From the NCBI GenBank assembly GCA_965648935.1, contig CBFGIY010000007.1:35379-51282 (forward strand): a stretch of 15,904 nt of DNA, written 5' to 3'. Positions 8,258 through 15,904 of this stretch are shown here, one piece after another (the stretch's first letter is position 1; each line of letters begins with the position of its first letter). The notes below the pieces were generated by a model. That model was not told the origin of the DNA. It saw only the letters and a list, made by a program, of their open reading frames with translations, and did no database searches. This DNA comes from a candidate division WOR-3 bacterium. Its GTDB lineage: Bacteria > Hydrothermota > Tepidihabitantia > Tepidihabitantales > Tepidihabitantaceae. A program made the translations under genes and the position numbers.

Positions 8258-9174
8258 GTCTCGTCCCGGGCCGGGAACTGCTGTCCGAGGCCGCGCGCGC
8301 CGGCCGGGCAGTCGGCGCGTTCAACTTCAACAACCTCGAATTCCTGCAGGCGATAGTCGCCGCCGCCGACGCGGCCCGCGCCCCGGTGTTCCTCGCGACG
8401 AGCGAAGGCGCGGTGAAGTATGCCGGGCTTGACAACATCGTGGCCCTGGCCCGGGCCGCGGCGCGCTCTGCCGGCGTCCCGCTCTGCCTGCACCTCGACC
8501 ACGGCCGTGACCTCGACCTCATCCGGGCCTGCATCGCGGCCGGCTACACCTCGGTTATGGTTGACGGGTCCCACCTGCCCTATGCGGAGAACGTCGCGCT
8601 GACCCGCGCGGTCGTGAGCGCGGCCCGGCCTTCCGGGGTGTCGGTCGAAGCCGAGCTGGGCCGGCTCACCGGGGTCGAGGACAATGTTTCGGTGGCCGAG
8701 CGCGACGCCGTGCTGGTCAACCCGGACGAAGCCGCCCGGTTCGCGGCCGAGACCGGCATCGACTCGCTTGCCCCGGCCATCGGCACTTCCCACGGCGCGT
8801 TCAAGTTCAAGGGCGAGCCGCGACTGGACTTCGACCGCCTCGCGGCGGTCAGACGGCTGACCGGCCTGCCGCTGGTCCTGCACGGCGCCTCGTCGGTACC
8901 GGCCGACATCATCGAAAAATGCCGGCGCTACGGCCTTGAGGTACCGGGCGCGCGCGGCGTGCCCGAACCCGACACCGTGCGCGCCATCGAGCTTGGCGTC
9001 TGCAAGGTGAACGTCGACACCGACCTGCGCCTCGCATTCGCCGCCGAGGTGCGCCGCATCTTCGCCGAGCGCCCCGCCGAGTTCGACCCGCGCCACTACC
9101 TCGGCCCGGCGCGCGATGCCGTGCGGGAGATGGTTCTGCGCCGGATTGCCCTGTTCAGCCGCGCCGCGGGCTGA
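8254..9174 (+). CDS. fba: Class II (metal-dependent) fructose/tagatose-1,6-bisphosphate aldolase, 306 aa
   Basis: GTG start overlaps the pfkB stop (GTGA 8254-8257). Motifs GAFNFNN, LHLDHG, SVMVDGS, VEAELG, AIGTSHGAFK, LVLHGASSVP, KVNVDTDLR. Confidence 0.95.
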   Translation: MSLVPGRELLSEAARAGRAVGAFNFNNLEFLQAIVAAADAARAPVFLATSEGAVKYAGLDNIVALARAAARSAGVPLCLHLDHGRDLDLIRACIAAGYTSVMVDGSHLPYAENVALTRAVVSAARPSGVSVEAELGRLTGVEDNVSVAERDAVLVNPDEAARFAAETGIDSLAPAIGTSHGAFKFKGEPRLDFDRLAAVRRLTGLPLVLHGASSVPADIIEKCRRYGLEVPGARGVPEPDTVRAIELGVCKVNVDTDLRLAFAAEVRRIFAERPAEFDPRHYLGPARDAVREMVLRRIALFSRAAG

Positions 9175-9228
9175 ACGCTCGGACTGCCCGGCAAGGCCCT
9201 TCACCGGCCTGACCGGCCGCCAATCTGA

Positions 9229-9258
9229 TTGACACCGCGGGCCTTACTCCTGTATAAT
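9229..9258 (+). promoter_or_regulatory. Consensus-hexamer sigma70 promoter for gspE/pilB-gspF/pilC: TTGACA-18-TATAAT
   Basis: Perfect TTGACA at 9229-9234 and TATAAT at 9253-9258 in GC-rich DNA; SD GGAGGAGG at 9341-9348. Confidence 0.7.
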
Positions 9259-9355
9259 CCTCCACGATGACAATTGCCGCATGCCCGACCGGCCGCGCTG
9301 GCCAGGGCATTTGTCTTGACATTCCTGCCCGCTCCCGGACGGAGGAGGACTAGCG

Positions 9356-10951
9356 ATGCCTGAGGATATCCAGCAACCAGATGGTACGGCAGCCGAAACG
9401 CCGGCCGCACTCGAGGCCAAGTTCGGCGTGCCCTATGTCGACCTGACCAGCTTCAAGGTCGACTCCGAAGTGCTCCAGATGTTCCCCGAGCAGTTCATGC
9501 GCTCGAACAAGCTCATCCCGCTGTTCCGCTCCGGCAACACGCTGGCCGTCGCCTTTGTCGACCCGCAGGACATCTTCACGGTCGACGAGGTGCGCCGGAT
9601 GACCGGGATGGAGGTCGAGCCGATGGTCTGCCGCGAGCTCGACCTGTTCGGCGCGCTCAACCAGTACTACACCGCGCCCGAGCAGCCCGACCTCCCCGAC
9701 GAGCCCGAGCTCGCCTCGCTCGACGACCTGCCTGACGAGGAAACCGCGGCCGAGCAGGAACAGAGCTCCGAACCGCGCAAGCTCGAGGAGCTCGCCTCCG
9801 AAGCGCCGGTCGTGCGCTGGGTGAACCAGATGATCATGCGCGCCGTGCGCGAGCGCGCGTCCGACATCCACATCGAGCCGACCCGCGAAGGTCTGCAGGT
9901 CCGGTTCCGCATCGACGGCATCCTCCACCCCATCGTCTCGCCCAAGAAAGCGCTGCAGCTCGCGGTGGTGTCGCGTATCAAGATCATGTCGCGGATGAAC
10001 ATCGCCGAGAAGCGCATCCCCCAGGACGGCCGCTACGGCGCCATCGTTGACGGCCGCGAGATCGACTTCCGCGTCTCGACCTTCCCGACCACGTACGGCG
10101 AAACGGTCGTGATGCGTATCCTCGACCGGATGCGCCTGCTCTCGCTCGACGAACTCGGCCTGATGGGCGACACCGCTACCCTGATGCGCGAGATGATCGC
10201 CAAGCCCCACGGCGTCGTGCTCGTCAACGGGCCGACCGGCTCGGGCAAGTCCACGACGGTGTACGCCATCCTCGGCGAGATCCGTTCCGGCGACAAGAAT
10301 ATCATCACCATCGAGGACCCGGTCGAGTACGACATGGACAAGATCTGCCAGTCGCAGGTCAACGAGAAGGCCGGCTATACCTACCTGATGGGCCTCAAGC
10401 ACATCCTGCGCCAGGACCCGGACGTGATAATGATCGGTGAAATCCGTGACGGCGAAACCGCCGGCGTCGCCATCCGCGCCGCGCTCACCGGCCAGCTCGT
10501 GTTCTCGACCATTCACACCTCGGACGCGCCGGGCACCATCACCCGTCTCATCGACATGGGCATCGAGCCGTTCCTCGTCGCCTCCGCGACCGAGGGCACC
10601 TGCGCCCAGCGGCTGGTGCGCAAGATCTGCCCCAAGTGCAAGGAGCCCTACGACCCGCCGCCCCGGCTTCTCGAAGAGCTCGAGATGGAGCCGGGCACGA
10701 AGTTTTACCGCGGCAAGGGCTGCGAGCGCTGCCGCAACACCGGCTACACCGGCCGTATCGGTATCTTCGAAGTGCTGAAGATGAACGACCGCATCCGCGA
10801 GCTGGTCGTCACCCGGCCGCCGACCAGCGCCATCCGCGCGCTGGCCCGCGAGTACGGCATGCGCACACTGTGGGAAGACGGCATGGACAAGGTCAGAGCC
10901 GGCGTCACCACGATTGAAGAAGTGATGGACGAAGCCGAAAAGGTCGACTGA
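9356..10951 (+). CDS. gspE: GspE/PulE/PilB-family type II secretion / type IV pilus assembly ATPase (531 aa)
   Basis: RASDIHIEP, RFRIDGIL, IAEKRIPQDG, GPTGSGKSTT (Walker A), TIEDPVEY, LRQDPDVIMIGEIRD, TGQLVFSTIHT, and tetracysteine CPKC...CERC. T2SS versus T4P cannot be resolved from this window. Confidence 0.95.
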   Translation: MPEDIQQPDGTAAETPAALEAKFGVPYVDLTSFKVDSEVLQMFPEQFMRSNKLIPLFRSGNTLAVAFVDPQDIFTVDEVRRMTGMEVEPMVCRELDLFGALNQYYTAPEQPDLPDEPELASLDDLPDEETAAEQEQSSEPRKLEELASEAPVVRWVNQMIMRAVRERASDIHIEPTREGLQVRFRIDGILHPIVSPKKALQLAVVSRIKIMSRMNIAEKRIPQDGRYGAIVDGREIDFRVSTFPTTYGETVVMRILDRMRLLSLDELGLMGDTATLMREMIAKPHGVVLVNGPTGSGKSTTVYAILGEIRSGDKNIITIEDPVEYDMDKICQSQVNEKAGYTYLMGLKHILRQDPDVIMIGEIRDGETAGVAIRAALTGQLVFSTIHTSDAPGTITRLIDMGIEPFLVASATEGTCAQRLVRKICPKCKEPYDPPPRLLEELEMEPGTKFYRGKGCERCRNTGYTGRIGIFEVLKMNDRIRELVVTRPPTSAIRALAREYGMRTLWEDGMDKVRAGVTTIEEVMDEAEKVD

Positions 10952-10966
10952 AAAAGGAGCTAGCCA

Positions 10967-12214
10967 ATGCCGCTTTTCAGTTACAAGGTCCGCGACAAGG
11001 AAGGCCAGATCGTATCCGGCACGCTCGAGGGCACCGACGTCGGGTCGATCGTCGAACGACTGGACGGCCTCGGCTACACCCCGATAACGATCCGCGAGGT
11101 GAAGGCCGGGGCAGGGGCCGGCGGCGGCGGCTTCGACATCGGCAGCTTCTTCGAACGGGTCAAGCCAGTCGACCTTATCAACTTCACCCGCCAGTTCGTG
11201 ACCCTGCACCGCGCCGGCCTGCCGCTTCTGTCGGCCATCGGCGCGCTCCAGGGCCAGACCAAGTCCAAGCCGCTGGCCAAGGCGCTCGACGCGATCCGCA
11301 AGGACCTGATGGGCGGCGCCGCGCTCTCTGCCGCCATGGCCAAGCACCCGCGGGTGTTCGGTGACCTCTACGTGAACTCGATCTGGGCCGGCGAGACGGG
11401 CGGTGTGCTCGACGAGATCCTCGACCGTCTCGTCCTGCTGCTCGACCACGAACGCAAGCTCAAGAGCGACGTCGGCTCGGCGATGCGCTACCCGATGATG
11501 CTGATGGGCGCCTTCGTCGTGGCCATCGTCGTGCTGTCGGCGTTCGTGCTGCCCAAGTTCATGACCCTGCTGACCAACGTCGGCGGCAAGATGCCTCTCC
11601 CGACGCTCATCCTGATGCGGTTCACCGACTTCATGGCCAAGTACTGGTATGTCATCGTGCTGCTCGCCTCCGGCGTCGGCGTGCTGTTCTACATGTTCGT
11701 CCGCACCGGCCCGGGCAAGCTCTGGTGGCACCGGCTCCAGTTCCGCATCCCGATCTTCGGGCCGATTCTCTACAAGATGTCGCTGTCCCGGTTCGCCCGG
11801 ATGTTCGAGACCCTCGACCGCACCGGCCTGCCCATCCTGCGCAGCCTAGGCCTCGTCGGCAAGACCGTCGGCAACGTCTACATGGCCGGGGCGATCGACC
11901 GGCTGGCCGAGTCGGTGCGCCGCGGCCGCGGCCTGGCCGCGCCGATGCGCGAGATCGGCGTATTCCCGCCGATGGTCGTCCAGATGGTCGCGACCGGCGA
12001 GGAATCGGGCGCTCTCGACGACATGTTGCGGCAGGTCTCGGACTACTACGACAGCGAGGTCGAGTACGCGGTAAAGAACCTGACCGGCATGATCGAGCCG
12101 ATAATGATCGGGATTATGGGCATCGGCGCCGTGTTTCTAATCATCGCCATCCTGATGCCCTACATGGCGATCCTGTCGAACTTCGGTTCGGGCGGCGGCT
12201 ACGGAACGAACTAG
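10967..12214 (+). CDS. gspF: GspF/PilC-family inner-membrane platform protein (415 aa)
   Basis: SD AGGAG at 10955-10959. MPLFSYKVRD start, two T2SSF repeats (FTRQFVTLHRAGLPL...AGETGGVLDEIL and FARMFETLDRTGLPI...TGEESGALDDML...MIEP), three TM segments. Confidence 0.95.
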   Translation: MPLFSYKVRDKEGQIVSGTLEGTDVGSIVERLDGLGYTPITIREVKAGAGAGGGGFDIGSFFERVKPVDLINFTRQFVTLHRAGLPLLSAIGALQGQTKSKPLAKALDAIRKDLMGGAALSAAMAKHPRVFGDLYVNSIWAGETGGVLDEILDRLVLLLDHERKLKSDVGSAMRYPMMLMGAFVVAIVVLSAFVLPKFMTLLTNVGGKMPLPTLILMRFTDFMAKYWYVIVLLASGVGVLFYMFVRTGPGKLWWHRLQFRIPIFGPILYKMSLSRFARMFETLDRTGLPILRSLGLVGKTVGNVYMAGAIDRLAESVRRGRGLAAPMREIGVFPPMVVQMVATGEESGALDDMLRQVSDYYDSEVEYAVKNLTGMIEPIMIGIMGIGAVFLIIAILMPYMAILSNFGSGGGYGTN

Positions 12215-13282
12215 CTAGAACGCCCGCAGGCTGGCGCTGACCGCCGCATCGAGATTCTCGATCGCGGCGGTCAGCAGTTTCACCACCGCATCGTAGTCGC
12301 TCTCGGCGATGATACCGGCGTGGGCGTGGATGTAGCGCGTCGGCCAGCCGATCACCAGCGACGGCACCCCGCCGTGCTGGACGTGGATGACGCCGGTGTC
12401 ATAACCGCCGCGTACCGTCGTGAAGTGGAAGCGCAGCTTGCGCTTCTCCGCTGTGTCGGCCACGAAGTCGCGCAGCCGCGTGTTGGGAATCATCGTGCTG
12501 TCGTGGACGAGGATGGCCGCGCCATTGGTCAGCCGCTCGGCCAGACCCTTGCGCGGCGTGTCCGCGCCCTCGGCGCAAAGCGACACGTCGGTCGCGAACG
12601 CCACATCCGGCTTCACCAGCTCGGCCGCGGTCCGGGCCCCGCGCAGCCCGACTTCCTCCTGGGTCGAGCCGACGAAGTACACCGTATTGCGGTGCTTCTT
12701 TTTGGCCAGCGCGCGCGCGGTTTCGATGATGATGCCGCAGCCGCCGCGGTCATCCCAGGCCTTGGCCAGAAGCAGCCCGCCCGCCATCTCGGTGAACTGC
12801 GAGTAAGGCACTATCGGGTCGCCCGGCCGGACTCCGAGTTTCTTCTCGACGTCGAATCCCTCGCGGGCGCCGAAGTCAATGAACATCTTGTCGATCTCAG
12901 GCAGCTTCTTGCGCTCCTCTTCGGACAGCTCGTGCGGCGGCTTCGAGCCGATCACGCCGGGGAAGTCGCCCTTGCGCGTGCGCAGCACCACGCGCTGCCC
13001 GAGCAGCACCTGCGGGGTCCAGCCGCCCAACGGCAGGAACCGCACGTATCCGTCGGCCGTGACCTTCTTGACCATGAAGCCGATCTCGTCCATGTGGGCG
13101 CTGACCATTATCCGCGGGCCGTCGCCCTGGCCGTCGAGCCGGCCGATGACGCTGCCCAGCCCGTCGCGGGTCACCTCGCACACCTTGCCCAGTTCGCGGG
13201 CGACGATCGCGGCCGGCTCGGTCTCGAATCCGGACGGGCCGAAGGCCTCGGTCAGCTCGCGCAGCAATGCCTTGTCTGCCAT
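12215..13282 (-). CDS. M42 family (TET/FrvX-like) metallo-aminopeptidase (355 aa)
   Basis: GPSGFE, SAHMDEIG, KAWDDRGG, QEEVGLRGA, ATDV, GGYDTG and RYIHA metal-ligand motifs. SD GGGAG upstream. Confidence 0.95.
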   Translation of the reverse strand: MADKALLRELTEAFGPSGFETEPAAIVARELGKVCEVTRDGLGSVIGRLDGQGDGPRIMVSAHMDEIGFMVKKVTADGYVRFLPLGGWTPQVLLGQRVVLRTRKGDFPGVIGSKPPHELSEEERKKLPEIDKMFIDFGAREGFDVEKKLGVRPGDPIVPYSQFTEMAGGLLLAKAWDDRGGCGIIIETARALAKKKHRNTVYFVGSTQEEVGLRGARTAAELVKPDVAFATDVSLCAEGADTPRKGLAERLTNGAAILVHDSTMIPNTRLRDFVADTAEKRKLRFHFTTVRGGYDTGVIHVQHGGVPSLVIGWPTRYIHAHAGIIAESDYDAVVKLLTAAIENLDAAVSASLRAF

Positions 13283-13321
13283 CTCACACTCCCATCTGGC
13301 TGATCCTTGCGGTCCTGCCGG

Positions 13322-15220
<1,899 letters not shown>

Positions 15221-15222
15221 CT

Positions 15223-15250
15223 ATACTAATGATAAGTCATTGAAAATCAA
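15223..15250 (-). promoter_or_regulatory. Putative gyrB promoter TTGATT-16-TAGTAT within an AT-rich patch
   Basis: On the - strand, TTGATT at 15250-15245 (overlaps the dciA stop) and TAGTAT at 15228-15223, 8 nt before the ATG. Confidence 0.45.
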
Positions 15251-15576
15251 GGCCGGTCAGCGCGCCGGCCGCCATCGGACACGAACCGTATGTCGCGCAC
15301 GACGCGCCGCCCCGCGCGCTGGTTGAGCCGGGCCACCAGTTGCGGTTTAAGGTAGGTGAGCTGGGTCATCCATCCGGCACTATCAACCGCGACGCACAGC
15401 ACGCCGTCATCCACCGACCGGGCACGCGCGTGGCGCGCCACGGCCTCGCCCGCGACCTCGGGCCACAGCTCGACCGCCGGCTGCTCGGCCACAACCCGGT
15501 CAAGGTGCAGCCGGCGCAGCACGCGCGGCAGCAGCTCGTCAACCGACTTGAACTTCTTCCACCCGGCCCTGCTCAA
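15247..15576 (-). CDS. dciA: DUF721 / DciA-family protein (helicase-loading factor), 109 aa
   Basis: LWPEVAGEAVARHARARSVDDGVLCVAVDSAGWMTQLTYLKPQLVARLN...VRDIRF is typical of DUF721. TTG start with upstream AAGGAG. Canonical position between recF and gyrB. Confidence 0.88.
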   Translation of the reverse strand: MSRAGWKKFKSVDELLPRVLRRLHLDRVVAEQPAVELWPEVAGEAVARHARARSVDDGVLCVAVDSAGWMTQLTYLKPQLVARLNQRAGRRVVRDIRFVSDGGRRADRP

Positions 15577-15904
15577 CCTTGAACTCCTTGCTCCCGTTAC
15601 CCTGTCCGGCCGGCTGCAGGGGCCGCGCCGCTGCGTAAATCATCTGACCCCGCGCGGCAACCGCGTCAAGCACGAGCCGGCAGCGCTGCTCGTCGAGCTC
15701 GGACGCGATCTCGTCGAGCAGGTAGACCGGCCGGGCGCCGGTGGCCGCGGCGACGGCCTCGCCCTCGGCGAGGCGCAGCGCCACGCCGGCCAGTCGCTGT
15801 TCGCCGATCGAACCGAACCGGCGCAGGTCGCGGCCCGCGGCCCGCACCGCGATGTCGTCCCGATGCGGCCCGACCGTTGTCTGGCCCAGTTCGCGCGAGC
15901 GGCC
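15539..15904 (-). CDS. recF: DNA replication/repair protein RecF, C-terminal part (gene continues beyond the window)
   Basis: Frame open to the window edge: GRSRELGQTTVGPHRDDIAV...FGSIGEQR...ALRLAE...PVYLLDEIASELD, i.e. the RecF GPHRDD motif, ABC signature and Walker B/D-loop. Overlaps the dciA start by 38 nt. Confidence 0.93.
   Translation of the reverse strand, partial: GRSRELGQTTVGPHRDDIAVRAAGRDLRRFGSIGEQRLAGVALRLAEGEAVAAATGARPVYLLDEIASELDEQRCRLVLDAVAARGQMIYAAARPLQPAGQGNGSKEFKVEQGRVEEVQVG

Noticed and set aside
9350..11731. 793-aa - strand ORF opposite gspE/gspF
   Set aside because: Mirror of strongly biased coding sequence with no domain signature. The same applies to 5012-6493, 8095-9204, 12320-13303 and 14381-15229.

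Overview
High-GC bacterial chromosomal window made mostly of housekeeping genes, probably close to the replication origin. Left to right: a small membrane-anchored hypothetical protein and secA (-), a secreted YVTN/YncE-type beta-propeller with a FlgD-Ig/T9SS-CTD-like tail (-), rarA/mgsA (+), a 358-bp hairpin-rich intergenic gap, a DUF59/SufT-like protein with an N-terminal hydrophobic segment (+), a pfkB-family kinase plus class II fba (+), an isolated gspE/pilB-gspF/pilC pair (+), an M42 aminopeptidase, gyrB, dciA/DUF721 and the 3' end of recF (all -). The SecA insertions and the CTD-bearing propeller suggest an FCB-related lineage such as candidate division WOR-3; this is inference only. 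I see no CRISPR array, mobile element, tRNA or rRNA, and no clearly new multi-gene system. The most unusual signals are a four-cysteine insert in the SecA VAR region, an apparently exported or anchored DUF59 protein, a recurring promoter pattern (16-bp spacer, often leaderless), the structured intergenic gap, and a structured leader with a possible uORF before gspE/pilB.
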